Positions 27,434-37,765 of a DNA stretch of 37,765 bases are shown here, piece after piece (position 1 is the stretch's first letter; every line of letters starts with the position of its first letter). Below the pieces are notes generated by a model. It searched no databases. It saw nothing but the letters and a program-made list of their open reading frames with translations, and was not told where the DNA came from. The stretch lies in the IMG/VR virus record IMGVR_UViG_643348545_000015, positions 1-37,765 of that record; one strand, given 5' to 3'. The position numbers were made by a program, and so were the translations under genes. This stretch comes from a virus (Duplodnaviria; Heunggongvirae; Uroviricota; Caudoviricetes).

Positions 27434-29521
27434 TCAAATTTTCAGCAAGGGGACAGTTATTGCCACGAGTCCAAGGGGACAGTTATTGCCACGAGTCCAA
27501 GGGGCGCAAGCGCCCTGGTCGGCTGCCGCCTCCTGAACGTCAACGGCCTTACGAACCATTTTCCACTTCACGGCATGAGTGCAGATTTTGCCCTCTGCAA
27601 TGGGTGACCAGATGCCATAAATACGAATGCCGTGATCGCCATAGGCGGTCGGCTCTTCGTTGATTTCATAAGCGGTTCTGATGAGGTGATATTTACGGGG
27701 AACCAGTACGCCGCCCTGCTTCATGATGTAGGTGGCAAAACAACCAGCATCAGCTGCAGCCAGAATGGCATCAAGGCGCGGGTTATCCAGTACCGGCGCA
27801 CCTGCTTTTTTGTCACCCTGTTGCCTTGCCGCCTGACCAGCCAGCAATCGCAGTTCACGGTAAGCCTGACGCCCCGGAATGCCAAAGAAGCGGAATTGCT
27901 GAACACGATGCAGAGACGCCCAGGCATTAACGTATTCAGCGTTATCACGCAGAGATTTACCCGTTTCCTTGCTGATCTCGCCAGCCAGACCACGCCCGTC
28001 AATGTTCTTACTGATGTATTTCGCGATGTAGCTAGTCGGCGTTCCTTTGCGCGGGTTTATCAGCTCAGACTTAAAGCGTGGCCCCGTGTTATTACCCAGC
28101 TCCTCGCGGTCTTCACGGATAGCAAACTTACGCAACAATGCAGTAATGGCGCGGCGGTCTTTTTTGCGCATGAAACACAACAGGTGCCAGTGAACTGTGC
28201 CGTCATGATGCGGCTCAGCCACCCGCACGCCATACCAGCGCAACCCGGCTTTGTGCATCGCCTTACGAAATGCAGCAAACATGCCGACCAGATAATCACT
28301 GCTTTGTCTTACCGTCGCATTTGTCCAAGTCGGGTTGGGCCTACCGTTATTTAGCGTGGAATGGAAACGTGACGGACAGGTGATGGTGTAGAAAACGGCG
28401 CAGTCACCGCGCATTTCCGCGATAAGCTCCAGACCTTTAACACAGGCCATCATCTCATTGCGGCGATGCGCAGGGTTGCTGCTGCTGGCGTTTACCACAT
28501 CCTCCATGTCCAGCGTGTCGCCGTCTTCGTTCACCAGTTCATGAGAACGGAAAAACTCCAGCGACTTACGGCGCTGCTCACGTTTATGCATCACGGCTTC
28601 ATAGCTGACATAGGGAGATGCTTTTTTGCTGACCAGGCAAACAGCACGCAACTGCTCTTCCCGCCATTCGCAACGCATCTTCCACAATTTCCGATACCAC
28701 CAGTCGGCGCACAGCATACGCGCCAGCGACCCCGGAATGAGTTCATAGGGCACGGGTTTACGGCGGTTTCTTTTCCGGCGGAGTTGCTCAAACGCAGGCG
28801 GTATGACATCCAGTCGCAGGGTTTCCGCCGCCACCTTTTCCCATGTCTTGCGGATTTCTTCTGGCTTAACGTCATCGGTGGCATACAAATCGCCACAAGC
28901 GGCATCAAGGCACATGCTCATATGCGCAGCTACCAGGGTGGACAGGCGTTTCACCTGATCCTGACTCATTTCAGGCAGGATCAGCAGACCGTCCAGCCCT
29001 TCATGGCTTGCCATAAAGCGAAAAGAAGTGGATAGCTGACTGTCGCGTACATGCTCCAGTCGTTCCAGACATGGCTTAATCGTCTCACGCAAATAGCGGG
29101 AATAAGCCTTTGGCCTGCCCAGGCTGCTGAAGTATTCAATACGTTGCATCAGCGGCTTGCTGATATGGGAAGGCTGGGCGTTAACGTCCGCCAGAATGAC
29201 CATGCCCGGATTAAAACGCTGCTGCTCATGCGCCAGCTTTGCCCGGCTAATGAGCTTATCCTGCTCCATTTCGCGCTGGACAGGATCACGTGATTCATTA
29301 AAGAAATAACGCTCCCATACCTGATCACTCAGAGCCTCGCGGCGCAGTTGTTCCTGCTCGTTATCGGTAGCGTACAGAGTGATCAGGTTTGAAAGCGCAG
29401 AAACCGGCGCAACTTCCGCCGGGTCCAGATAAGGGTTAATGGCCTTTTTCGGGCTGTTCCATGAGAATGCTGCGGCGACCTCGTTAAAGCCGCTGCAGTT
29501 GTTCATATCAGCATGGCTCAT
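27434..29521 (-). CDS. A: Rolling-circle replication initiator endonuclease A
   Basis: 695 aa with HUH-type motif VHWHLLCF and tyrosine motif YIAKYISK. Confidence 0.9.
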   Translation of the reverse strand: MSHADMNNCSGFNEVAAAFSWNSPKKAINPYLDPAEVAPVSALSNLITLYATDNEQEQLRREALSDQVWERYFFNESRDPVQREMEQDKLISRAKLAHEQQRFNPGMVILADVNAQPSHISKPLMQRIEYFSSLGRPKAYSRYLRETIKPCLERLEHVRDSQLSTSFRFMASHEGLDGLLILPEMSQDQVKRLSTLVAAHMSMCLDAACGDLYATDDVKPEEIRKTWEKVAAETLRLDVIPPAFEQLRRKRNRRKPVPYELIPGSLARMLCADWWYRKLWKMRCEWREEQLRAVCLVSKKASPYVSYEAVMHKREQRRKSLEFFRSHELVNEDGDTLDMEDVVNASSSNPAHRRNEMMACVKGLELIAEMRGDCAVFYTITCPSRFHSTLNNGRPNPTWTNATVRQSSDYLVGMFAAFRKAMHKAGLRWYGVRVAEPHHDGTVHWHLLCFMRKKDRRAITALLRKFAIREDREELGNNTGPRFKSELINPRKGTPTSYIAKYISKNIDGRGLAGEISKETGKSLRDNAEYVNAWASLHRVQQFRFFGIPGRQAYRELRLLAGQAARQQGDKKAGAPVLDNPRLDAILAAADAGCFATYIMKQGGVLVPRKYHLIRTAYEINEEPTAYGDHGIRIYGIWSPIAEGKICTHAVKWKMVRKAVDVQEAAADQGACAPWTRGNNCPLGLVAITVPLLKI
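27446..27504. repeat. Tandem direct repeat, 2.3 copies of a 26-bp unit
   Basis: CAAGGGGACAGTTATTGCCACGAGTC at 27446-27471 and 27472-27497, plus CAAGGGG; lies in the last ~25 codons of A. Confidence 0.9.
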
Positions 29522-30375
29522 GCACGCACTCCGTACACGGCAGAACTATCCACGCCACGCGAAGGATCAAATCCCACCCAGCAGCGCGGCCCGGAAACAG
29601 CGATGATTTCTGTTGCAGATTTACTCTCACCAGCTGCTACACCGATGCTGCGTTTTGCCTTGATGTAGTGGTGAGTAAAATTGCGATACAGCGAACGGAT
29701 CAGGGATGTATCACTGTTAGAAACAATGACCGGATGTCCTTCTGATGACCGATGTTCAAGAACGGATGCCAGGTGATACTGGTCATCTTCAGTGAAACCA
29801 TCAGTGTGATAGCCGGAAAACGTACCGTCATACGGCGGATCGCAATACACCACATCCCCCACCTGCAGCATCGCCAGCGTTTCATCAAAGCTTGCGCAGA
29901 TAAACGTTGCTCGCTGGGCTTTTTCTGCAAATGTGCGAAGTTCTTTTTCAGGGAAATACGGATTTTTATAATTACCGTAGGGAATGTTGAAATGCCCGCT
30001 CTTGTTATAGCGACATAAACCACGGTAACCGTGACGATTGAGATACAGGAAATATACCGCTTTCATGAAATCAGTAATTTCAGTGGAGTAATTAAACTCC
30101 TGCCTTATGTTGTAATAAGCCACCTCCCTGTTTGCGATCTCAAATAAAACTCTGGCGCGAGATATAAACGATTCACAATCAGCGGCAACCTTTTTATAGA
30201 GGTTGATTAAATCAGGATTAATATCCGCAACCAGATAGCTGGGGTAATCCGTCTCCATCATCACAGCACAAGAACCCGCGAAAGGTTCAACCAGTCGCGG
30301 GCCTGCAGGAAGGTGTTTTTTCAGTTCGGACATAATGGCGGTTTTATTACCCGCCCATTTCAGGATGGTGCTCAT
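29518..30375 (-). CDS. DNA adenine methyltransferase (Dam-like)
   Basis: Start [11 protein letters not shown]... after AGGAGGTG; DPPY motif ([10 protein letters not shown]); stop overlaps the A start. Confidence 0.85.
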   Translation of the reverse strand: MSTILKWAGNKTAIMSELKKHLPAGPRLVEPFAGSCAVMMETDYPSYLVADINPDLINLYKKVAADCESFISRARVLFEIANREVAYYNIRQEFNYSTEITDFMKAVYFLYLNRHGYRGLCRYNKSGHFNIPYGNYKNPYFPEKELRTFAEKAQRATFICASFDETLAMLQVGDVVYCDPPYDGTFSGYHTDGFTEDDQYHLASVLEHRSSEGHPVIVSNSDTSLIRSLYRNFTHHYIKAKRSIGVAAGESKSATEIIAVSGPRCWVGFDPSRGVDSSAVYGVRA

Positions 30376-30550
30376 ACAGCACCTCCTGCAATAACATATC
30401 CTAAAGCTTCTAATGGGGTTAATGAGCGAATTGATAGCATCACCCATTGTTCTGAAACTGCCATGACGTCATTAACCGGAAGCACATGAGAGATAACCGC
30501 GGCCCATTCCCTACCCGTAAATACGCCATGCTTCCGGTAATGACTCCAAC

Positions 30551-31054
30551 TTACTGATAGTGTTTTATGTTCAGATAATGCCCGATGACCTTGTCATGCA
30601 GCTCCACCGATTTTGAGAACGACAGTGACTTCCGTCCCAGCCTTGCCAGATGTTGTCTCAGATTCAGATTATGTCGCTCAATGCGCTGAGTGTAACGCTT
30701 GCTGATAACGTGCAGCTTTCCCTTCAGGCGTGATTCATACAGCGGCCAGCCATCCGTCATCCATACCACGACCTCAAAGGCCGACAGCAGGCTCAGAAGA
30801 CGCTCCAGTGTGGCCAGAGTGCGTTCACCGAAGACGTGCGCCACAACAGTCCTCCGTATCCTGTCATACGCGTAAAACAGCCAGCGCTGACGTGATTTAG
30901 CACCGACGTAGCCCCACTGTTCGTCCATTTCAGCGCAGACAATCACATCACTGCCCGGTTGTATGCGCGAGGTTACCGACTGCGGCCTGAGTTTTTTAAG
31001 TGACGTAAAACCGTGTTGAGGCCAACGCCCATAATGCGTGCACTGGCGCGACAT
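30551..31054 (-). CDS. insB: IS1 InsB frame (transposase made as InsAB' by -1 frameshift)
   Basis: ...[44 protein letters not shown]... open frame overlapping the 3' end of insA. Confidence 0.9.
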   Translation of the reverse strand: MSRQCTHYGRWPQHGFTSLKKLRPQSVTSRIQPGSDVIVCAEMDEQWGYVGAKSRQRWLFYAYDRIRRTVVAHVFGERTLATLERLLSLLSAFEVVVWMTDGWPLYESRLKGKLHVISKRYTQRIERHNLNLRQHLARLGRKSLSFSKSVELHDKVIGHYLNIKHYQ

Positions 31055-31248
31055 CCGACGCCATTCATGGCCATATCAATGATTTTCTGGTGCGTACCGG
31101 GCTGAGAGGCGGTGTAAGTGAACTGTAGTTGCCATGTTTTACGGCAATGAGAGCAGAGATAGCGCTGATGTCCGGCAGTGCTTTTGCCGTTACGCACCAC
31201 GCCTTCAGTAGCGGAGCAGGAAGGACATCTGATGGAAATGGAAGCCAC
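30973..31248 (-). CDS. insA: IS1 InsA
   Basis: 91 aa [40 protein letters not shown]... Confidence 0.93.
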   Translation of the reverse strand: MASISIRCPSCSATEGVVRNGKSTAGHQRYLCSHCRKTWQLQFTYTASQPGTHQKIIDMAMNGVGCRASARIMGVGLNTVLRHLKNSGRSR

Positions 31249-31447
31249 GCAAGCACCTTAAAATCACCATCATACACTAAATCAGTAAGTTGGCAGCATT
31301 ACCCATGCTTCCATTCGCAAAGAGAAAGAACATCACCAACTTTATAGCCACGATCGTCTTTACGAAGTTCAGCCGTCTTTTGACCTGCAACCACAGCGTT
31401 GAAATACTTAGGTGCAATTTTTAATTGATGGATACGCACAGCCCCTG

Positions 31448-31675
31448 TCATACAGCACCTCCGTTGTAATGTTTGCCTTTCAGCTCTGCGATTTCCTGGC
31501 AAGTAATGCAAAGCTGCACACCCGGAATGGCGCGGCGTCGTGCTGGCGGAATTGGCGCTTCACACTCAATGCAAAGCACGCGAGACACGCCCGGTGTTTT
31601 GGCACGAGCAGCACGGATATGGCGCTGGCGTTCTTCTTCAACGCGCTGCTGTACGAGATCCATTGCATCAGCCAT
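31448..31675 (-). CDS. TraR/DksA-type C4 zinc-finger protein
   Basis: 75 aa with [26 protein letters not shown]; stop overlaps the ASCH start. Confidence 0.7.
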   Translation of the reverse strand: MADAMDLVQQRVEEERQRHIRAARAKTPGVSRVLCIECEAPIPPARRRAIPGVQLCITCQEIAELKGKHYNGGAV

Positions 31676-31908
31676 TAGTGGATCTCCTGCGCTTCGTTCT
31701 GGATTGCTTCAGCAGTCACACGCAGCAGTTCTGCCGCTTCCACGTGGTTTAGCTGACGGGATGAGATATGACACGCCAGGCTATCAAGGCGAGCTGCCAT
31801 TGCTTCAGCCCTTGCCCGGCGTTCTTCCAGACGAGCCTCTGTCAGTAAAATATTAAGCCCTGCATCATCCGGTCCGGTTTTAGTCGTAAGGATTTCAATA
31901 TTACGCAT
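31675..31908 (-). CDS. Hypothetical early-operon protein
   Basis: MRNIEILTTKTGPDDAG..., 8 nt after AGGAGA. Confidence 0.55.
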   Translation of the reverse strand: MRNIEILTTKTGPDDAGLNILLTEARLEERRARAEAMAARLDSLACHISSRQLNHVEAAELLRVTAEAIQNEAQEIH

Positions 31909-31975
31909 AATCAATTCTCCTGAATTTAGATAAAGGGATGCCCGGCGGGTTTACGCCATTAATTTCATTAGTTGG

Positions 31976-32317
31976 TTAATTCGGCATGGTTAGCCGTTTG
32001 GGAAATAAGCTCACCACTGCACGAAAATGATTCATTGCTTTAATCAACTCCCGCTTTTCGTCAGTGGTCAGCTCATTAATGCTGATGCTATGACGTTCAG
32101 CTGGAATTTTTGCCATAAAGAATATGGCAGCCAGTGCTCGTTTATTTTGTTCGTTATTGATATCCCGTGGATCACGCATATCTTTAATAAACCGCTCAAG
32201 CTCTGACTCAATATTCAGGCCAAATACTTTCGCCCTTAACTCCGCAATGTGATTAAGTCCATTCAGGCGTTCACCGGGGCTTAATGGAACAGTCGCCGCA
32301 GCGCCATTAATTGCCAT
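31976..32317 (-). CDS. Hypothetical early-operon protein
   Basis: 113-aa ORF with ATG start, same strand as the early operon. Confidence 0.55.
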   Translation of the reverse strand: MAINGAAATVPLSPGERLNGLNHIAELRAKVFGLNIESELERFIKDMRDPRDINNEQNKRALAAIFFMAKIPAERHSISINELTTDEKRELIKAMNHFRAVVSLFPKRLTMPN

Positions 32318-32339
32318 AATTCATATCCCCAAAACGCAA

Positions 32340-32564
32340 CTATCGTTCTTTGTTCTTACGGTAACGTTCAAGAGGAGATACATTTTTTCGTATCGTCTCT
32401 TTAACCTGCTCTCCCCGTAAAAACGTCCCATCCCTTAGCGTGAAAAAGTAACTGCCATCGCCCGACAACGACGGATAACAACAGAGCAAATCATCTTCAG
32501 GTACTGAATAACTCTCCCCTCTGTAACGAAACTGATAAACCACTTCACTTTCCGCTGCATACAT
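32340..32564 (-). CDS. Hypothetical early-operon protein
   Basis: 74-aa ORF, RBS GGAGAAAG 5-6 nt before the ATG. Confidence 0.5.
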   Translation of the reverse strand: MYAAESEVVYQFRYRGESYSVPEDDLLCCYPSLSGDGSYFFTLRDGTFLRGEQVKETIRKNVSPLERYRKNKER

Positions 32565-32731
32565 TTTGACTTTCTCCGTTTCCTCGTGGTCAATTCAGAC
32601 AGCAATTCATCTTGTGAATGACATGGATGCCAGCGTTTACCATCCTCACCCATGATCCAGCCGTGACCGTAGTGCATTGCCGGGCTTTGTTTTACCAGCA
32701 GCGATGCAAATGATGGTTCTTTCGTCAGCAT
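32435..32731 (-). CDS. Hypothetical early-operon protein (3' end uncertain)
   Basis: Start MLTKEPSFASLL... 5 nt after GAGGTG just past the cII stop; the frame overlaps the next gene by 130 nt, so the true end or a frameshift is unresolved. Confidence 0.4.
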   Translation of the reverse strand: MLTKEPSFASLLVKQSPAMHYGHGWIMGEDGKRWHPCHSQDELLSELTTRKRRKSKCMQRKVKWFISFVTEGRVIQYLKMICSVVIRRCRAMAVTFSR

Positions 32732-32738
32732 AAGCACC

Positions 32739-33248
32739 TCACAGCAAACCGAATGAAGCACCGAGGCCAGTCACGGTATCAACTGCACTCACCATCGCAG
32801 GATTAGCCTGTAAACGGGCCTGCAATGAAACAGCCGCCAGCGCCATCAGTCGTGTTACAGAGTTAATGCTGCTGATAGCATCACGACGACCGGCACTAGT
32901 TTTTACATCACCAGATACCGCACCTGCTGCAACACGCCCGATCTCTGCAGTTGCGCTCATGACGTAATGCGGCAGTTTCTCTTTTGCCACCTCATTAATC
33001 GGTACACATGGCAGACAATGAATCTGTGCCAGAAAACCATCTACCAGCGTTGAATCTTCAGTCAGATCGGTAAGCAGCCAGATTTCTGGTGCGGTTAATA
33101 AATGAGGCTGAGCTGGGTTCAGCTTGTTCCGCAGAATCTGCACATTCATGCCTGCACGTTCTGCCAGTTGCACCAGGTTGTGACGCAGTGCAAAAGCCCT
33201 ACAGGCTTCATCGAAATGCGGATGTTTGGAAATCTTGTAATCAAACAT
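32739..33248 (-). CDS. cII: CII-type lysogeny establishment regulator (phage 186 CII-like)
   Basis: 169 aa [49 protein letters not shown]...SFGLL, closely matching my recollection of 186 CII. Confidence 0.85.
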   Translation of the reverse strand: MFDYKISKHPHFDEACRAFALRHNLVQLAERAGMNVQILRNKLNPAQPHLLTAPEIWLLTDLTEDSTLVDGFLAQIHCLPCVPINEVAKEKLPHYVMSATAEIGRVAAGAVSGDVKTSAGRRDAISSINSVTRLMALAAVSLQARLQANPAMVSAVDTVTGLGASFGLL

Positions 33249-33280
33249 GGTGCCCCCTTAGAAAGTTCCCATAATTGAAC

Positions 33281-33523
33281 TTACTTACCAACAATGACGC
33301 GGAAGTTGGAATGACCGAGGGATTCACGGACCTGATCAGTTTTGTACATCAGATAACGAAGGCTTACGCGGCCTTTATTTTTTTCTTTCTTGACCATGTA
33401 CTTAGCAAGTTGACCATGGTGAATTTTTTGGTAAACAGAGCCACGGGAAATGCCCTCCCACTCTGCGAACTCTGCAGGCGTAGCCATCTCTTTTGGTACA
33501 CGAATTGAAATATCAGTACTCAT
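33281..33523 (-). CDS. apl: Apl/Cox-type excisionase and lytic-lysogenic switch protein
   Basis: 80 aa with HTH TPAEFAEWEGISRGSVYQKIHHGQ; first gene of the rightward-promoter operon, divergent from cI. Confidence 0.8.
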   Translation of the reverse strand: MSTDISIRVPKEMATPAEFAEWEGISRGSVYQKIHHGQLAKYMVKKEKNKGRVSLRYLMYKTDQVRESLGHSNFRVIVGK

Positions 33524-33602
33524 AGTGCAGTATCTCTTACTTTGTGTGCGTGTTAGTTCGTTTTAGCTCGTCTCTTTAACTCTCACATCAAGAGACACGA
33601 AG

Positions 33603-33631
33603 ACATTACGATCTTGATTCAAGATTGTCAA
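33603..33631 (-). promoter_or_regulatory. Candidate lytic promoter pR with operator palindrome in the spacer
   Basis: On the minus strand: -35 TTGACA (33626-33631), 17-bp spacer containing palindrome ATCTTGA-T-TCAAGAT (33611-33625), -10 TAATGT (33603-33608). Confidence 0.55.
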
Positions 33632-33644
33632 ATGGAGATTACCA

Positions 33645-34277
33645 ATGTTAAACATCAGAATGGGTTCCGATACGGGAGGTAAGGCAGCTATTGAGAGGCT
33701 GCTTGAGGCTTATGGATTCACAACTAAGCAGGCATTAAGCGAGCACCTGAATGTCTCAAAAAGTACTATGGCAAACAGAGTGTTACGTGACAGTTTTCCT
33801 GCTGACTGGATAATTCAGTGTGCACTAGAAACCGGTGTTTCGTTACTTTGGTTAGCCACTGGACAGGGAAGCATGAAAGAAGGATACGAGCCTGAGAAAA
33901 GATCTCATAACGAGAACAAACAAGCAATTAAACCGTTATCCAAACTCATAACTCCATCTATTCCTAAAGGAACCTTGGAAAATGGACAACTCAGTATTGA
34001 TGAAGAGATTTTCCTAGACCACAGCATATTACCTGCAGATTATGAAGAATCGATGTTCTTAGAAACCCCTACTGATTGTTATCTCATCGATAAATCAGTT
34101 AAACAAGTCAGCAATGGATTCTGGCTTATCAATATTGATGGAATGATTATTATTGCAAAAATCATGCGGATTCCCGGCAATAAGATTGTAGTAAATCAAG
34201 ATGAAGCGTCTTTCGAGTGCTCTGCTGATGATGTGGAAGTTATTGGGCGTGCAGTCAAAGTAATAAAGAGTATCTAA
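33645..34277 (+). CDS. cI: Immunity repressor CI (186-type)
   Basis: 210 aa with N-terminal HTH (...LSEHLNVSKSTMANRVLRDSF...CALETGVSLLWLATGQG); I see no LexA-like Ser-Lys autocleavage motif; directly upstream of int. Confidence 0.8.
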   Translation: MLNIRMGSDTGGKAAIERLLEAYGFTTKQALSEHLNVSKSTMANRVLRDSFPADWIIQCALETGVSLLWLATGQGSMKEGYEPEKRSHNENKQAIKPLSKLITPSIPKGTLENGQLSIDEEIFLDHSILPADYEESMFLETPTDCYLIDKSVKQVSNGFWLINIDGMIIIAKIMRIPGNKIVVNQDEASFECSADDVEVIGRAVKVIKSI

Positions 34278-34279
34278 AC

Positions 34280-35296
34280 ATGACTGTCAGAAAACAGCCA
34301 AACGGTAAATGGTTGTGCGAGTGCTATCCCAATGGACGCAATGGCAAGCGCGTGCGTAAGCAATTTGCTACGAAAGGCGAAGCCATTGCTTTTGAAAGCT
34401 TCACAATGGAAGAAGTGAACAAAAAACCATGGCTGGGGGAAAAGGAAGATCGGCGACACCTATCAGAATTAATTGAGCAGTGGTATTCCCTGTATGGTCA
34501 AACACTCGCAGACCCCAAGCGCCTCATAGCGAAACTTAGAATTATCTGTAATGGTCTAGGCGATCCCATCGCTTCAGAACTGACAGCCGGTGACTTTACG
34601 AAATACCGCGAAGCACGGTTAAAAGGTGAAGTACGAAATGAAGATGGCACGTTTATGTCGCCCGTTAAGCCCCGCACGGTAAACCTTGAACAGCGCAATC
34701 TATCATCTGTTTTTGGTACACTGAAAAAGCTGGGCCACTGGTCAGCCCCCAACCCGCTTGCTGGGCTGCCAACATTTAAAATTGCTGAGAGTGAATTGGC
34801 GTTCCTGACCCCGGAAGAAATTAAACGTCTGCTGGATGCCTGCGCCGATTCTCAAAGCTCCAGCCTGCTTTTGATTGCAAAAATATGCCTGGCCACCGGC
34901 GCACGCTGGAGCGAAGCCGAAAACCTGCAGAGTCATCAGGTATCAAAATACCGTATCACTTATACCAAGACCAAAGGCAAGAAAAACCGAACTGTGCCTA
35001 TTTCTAAGGATTTATATGAAGAACTGCCTAAGAATAGGGGGAAGTTATTCACCCCATGCAGAAAAGCCTTTGAGCGTGCAGTAAAGCGGGCTGGTATCGA
35101 TCTGCCAGAGGGTCAATGTACTCACGTTCTGCGTCATACATTCGCTAGCCATTTTATGATGAATGGTGGAAACATATTGGTTTTGCGGGATATCCTAGGA
35201 CATTCAGATATAAAAATGACCATGGTCTATGCACACTTCGCCCCAGACCATTTAGAAGATGCCGTAACTAAAAATCCTTTATTTAATTTGAGGTAA
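34280..35296 (+). CDS. int: Tyrosine integrase (P2 Int family)
   Basis: 338 aa with C-terminal catalytic region ...HVLRHTFASHFMMNGGNILVLRDILGHSDIKMTMVYAHF... Confidence 0.93.
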   Translation: MTVRKQPNGKWLCECYPNGRNGKRVRKQFATKGEAIAFESFTMEEVNKKPWLGEKEDRRHLSELIEQWYSLYGQTLADPKRLIAKLRIICNGLGDPIASELTAGDFTKYREARLKGEVRNEDGTFMSPVKPRTVNLEQRNLSSVFGTLKKLGHWSAPNPLAGLPTFKIAESELAFLTPEEIKRLLDACADSQSSSLLLIAKICLATGARWSEAENLQSHQVSKYRITYTKTKGKKNRTVPISKDLYEELPKNRGKLFTPCRKAFERAVKRAGIDLPEGQCTHVLRHTFASHFMMNGGNILVLRDILGHSDIKMTMVYAHFAPDHLEDAVTKNPLFNLR

Positions 35297-35306
35297 GTAG
35301 TAATTT

Positions 35307-35975
35307 ATGAATAGCGAACTAGAGTTACTTATAAAAATATTATTCCCTTCCCTATCTGCCATTATATCCTTATTAGGGCTTAAAACAGGGTGGACTTATA
35401 AAAAAGACAAACTATTCACATCACGTAAAAACATTAGCGAATTTTCATATCAGATGTATAAAAGCAGTGAAGATCCGACCTTCAAAAAACTGGCGGAAGA
35501 TTACGGCATTGCTGCATTAACCAAAGATAACACATTGACAAAAAAACAAAGATTAATATTACTCAACACAACAAACCCCGTTAGCGATATAGATGATTAT
35601 TCCAAATGTCAAAGTCTAATTTCCATTACCACCCATAAAGAAATATTCGCATGGAATAAAAAAAGATATAAATACAGCATATATAGAAAATTAATAAAAA
35701 TTATAACAACTCTAATTTACTTCATGGGCAGTCTCATCGTAGCACTTCCTTTCAGTTATTCTGTTGTAGTAAGTGCTAAGATGATGGAGAAGATAAACCA
35801 TCTAACTACTTGGCAATACTTTGGTTTAAGCAGCTATTTTGTGGTATCGGGAGTAGCAATATGCTTTATCTGCCTAGATAAGCTCTCCAAGATTAAGATC
35901 GCCGAGAGATTAATCGTTTCAAATAGGCGTTTAGGCGACAAATGCAGTGGCGGCACTTTGGCGGCAGAAAGTTAA
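35307..35975 (+). CDS. AT-rich hypothetical membrane protein (cargo)
   Basis: 222 aa with about three hydrophobic helices (LELLIKILFPSLSAIISLLGL; IITTLIYFMGSLIVALPFSYSVVV; YFGLSSYFVVSGVAICFICL); Lys/Asn/Ile-rich; starts 11 nt after the int stop. Confidence 0.6.
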   Translation: MNSELELLIKILFPSLSAIISLLGLKTGWTYKKDKLFTSRKNISEFSYQMYKSSEDPTFKKLAEDYGIAALTKDNTLTKKQRLILLNTTNPVSDIDDYSKCQSLISITTHKEIFAWNKKRYKYSIYRKLIKIITTLIYFMGSLIVALPFSYSVVVSAKMMEKINHLTTWQYFGLSSYFVVSGVAICFICLDKLSKIKIAERLIVSNRRLGDKCSGGTLAAES

Positions 35976-36060
35976 AAACCCATAAAACGGACAGACACCG
36001 CATAAATCTAACCAACTGAAAATCAAAGCAAATCATTGTTTTTACAGACATTGAAATGCT

Positions 36061-36105
36061 ATGTAGGAATTTCGGACGCGGGTTCAACTCCCGCCAGCTC
36101 CACCA
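36061..36105. repeat. attR core: displaced 45-bp 3' end of ssrA
   Basis: Identical to 1016-1060. Confidence 0.9.
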
Positions 36106-36234
36106 ATCATGATTGGACGGTGTAAGGACTACACCAACAAAAACAGGAAGTTATAAGTCTCAGCAGGACACCGACCAGACGGTGAGGAGACAAAAAAGGA
36201 TACGCAACGGAGTCGCGACTCCCTATGACATTAA

Positions 36235-36257
36235 AGCCCGCTGATGCGGGCTTTTTT
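36235..36257 (+). terminator. Rho-independent terminator-like hairpin
   Basis: AGCCCGC-TGAT-GCGGGCT followed by TTTTTTATT. Confidence 0.5.
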
Positions 36258-36688
36258 ATTGGTCCTGACCCGCCCTGAATAGAATTCATCCAATTACAGT
36301 CCAGACATATACAGTATCCCTCAGCTCAGTATCAGCTTCTCGACAAATGGTCACTGTTATTTACCCGTTGCCAGAAAGAGAATAATTTGCCCCCATAGCC
36401 AGCCTTTCCGGAATCTGTATATTCATTAATATTGTTATCGATTCCATCAAGTAACATAGGTTGGATGCGATTGATCTTACTCACATTAGTCGACACGGAA
36501 CTCAGTAAGTTGAACTCTGGAAAAGCAGTTTAAATAGCATTTAAACAAATGCCACCAGTTCGAAAAAGAGTATAAGCACACTTAATATATTGTTTTAATT
36601 ATTCATTTCCTTTCAACCCAATTCTTATCCCTCACATTATTTGTTATTAATTTGTTGTTTTTGATCACAATAAGAAAACAATATGTAA

Positions 36689-37765
<1,077 letters not shown>

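Larger units (their letters stand above)
30536..31303 (-). mobile_element. IS1 insertion sequence (768 bp)
   Basis: Terminal inverted repeats GGTAATGACTCCAACTTACTGAT (30536-30558) and its partner (31281-31303); 9-bp direct duplication CATGCTTCC at 30527-30535 and 31304-31312. Confidence 0.95.
30372..31451 (-). pseudogene. ASCH/PUA-like small protein gene disrupted by IS1
   Basis: Joining the flanks with one copy of the 9-bp duplication restores a 100-aa ORF ([50 protein letters not shown]|[10 protein letters not shown]...GGAV) whose stop overlaps the Dam ATG. Confidence 0.7.
1061..36105. mobile_element. P2/186-family prophage integrated in ssrA
   Basis: Bounded by the 45-bp direct repeats; contains a tyrosine integrase, a 186-type immunity switch, and a P2-order late gene set. 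Confidence 0.9.

Noticed and set aside
27446-27504. Possible CRISPR array
   Set aside because: Only 2.3 directly abutting copies with no spacers, and located inside the A coding sequence.
31065-31347. Short ORFs (70-72 aa) inside and across the IS1 right end
   Set aside because: They overlap insA in other frames or run across the IS1 boundary; not supported by any start signal.
36061-36105. Possible tRNA gene
   Set aside because: It is only the 45-bp acceptor/T-arm fragment of tmRNA duplicated by integration; no D-arm or anticodon arm precedes it.

Overview
The window runs from host smpB and ssrA (tmRNA) through a ~35 kb P2/186-family prophage integrated in the 3' end of ssrA, and ends in host csiD/glaH. 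The prophage is bounded by 45-bp direct repeats at 1016-1060 and 36061-36105. Reading left to right it carries: a BRCT-domain cargo gene, ogr/B, a full tail/baseplate/lysis/capsid late region on the minus strand (D,U,T,E+E',FII,FI,H,G,I,J,W,V,S,R,lysCBA,K,Y,X,L,M,N,O), divergent terminase P and portal Q, a three-gene cargo operon of unknown function between Q and a cos-like motif, a LexA-box operon with a DinI-like gene, replication initiator A preceded by a Dam-like methyltransferase, an IS1 insertion with 9-bp target duplication splitting an ASCH-like gene, a 186-type switch (cII, apl versus cI, int), and an AT-rich membrane-protein cargo gene next to attR. A Hin/Cin-type invertase sits beside a 1.9 kb invertible tail-fibre segment flanked by inverted 26-bp crossover sites. 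The most interesting candidate for an undescribed system is the three-gene operon at 23782-26131, which occupies the cos-proximal variable slot where P2 carries old/tin. All protein assignments are by eye from the translations and from recalled family sequences; no database search was run.
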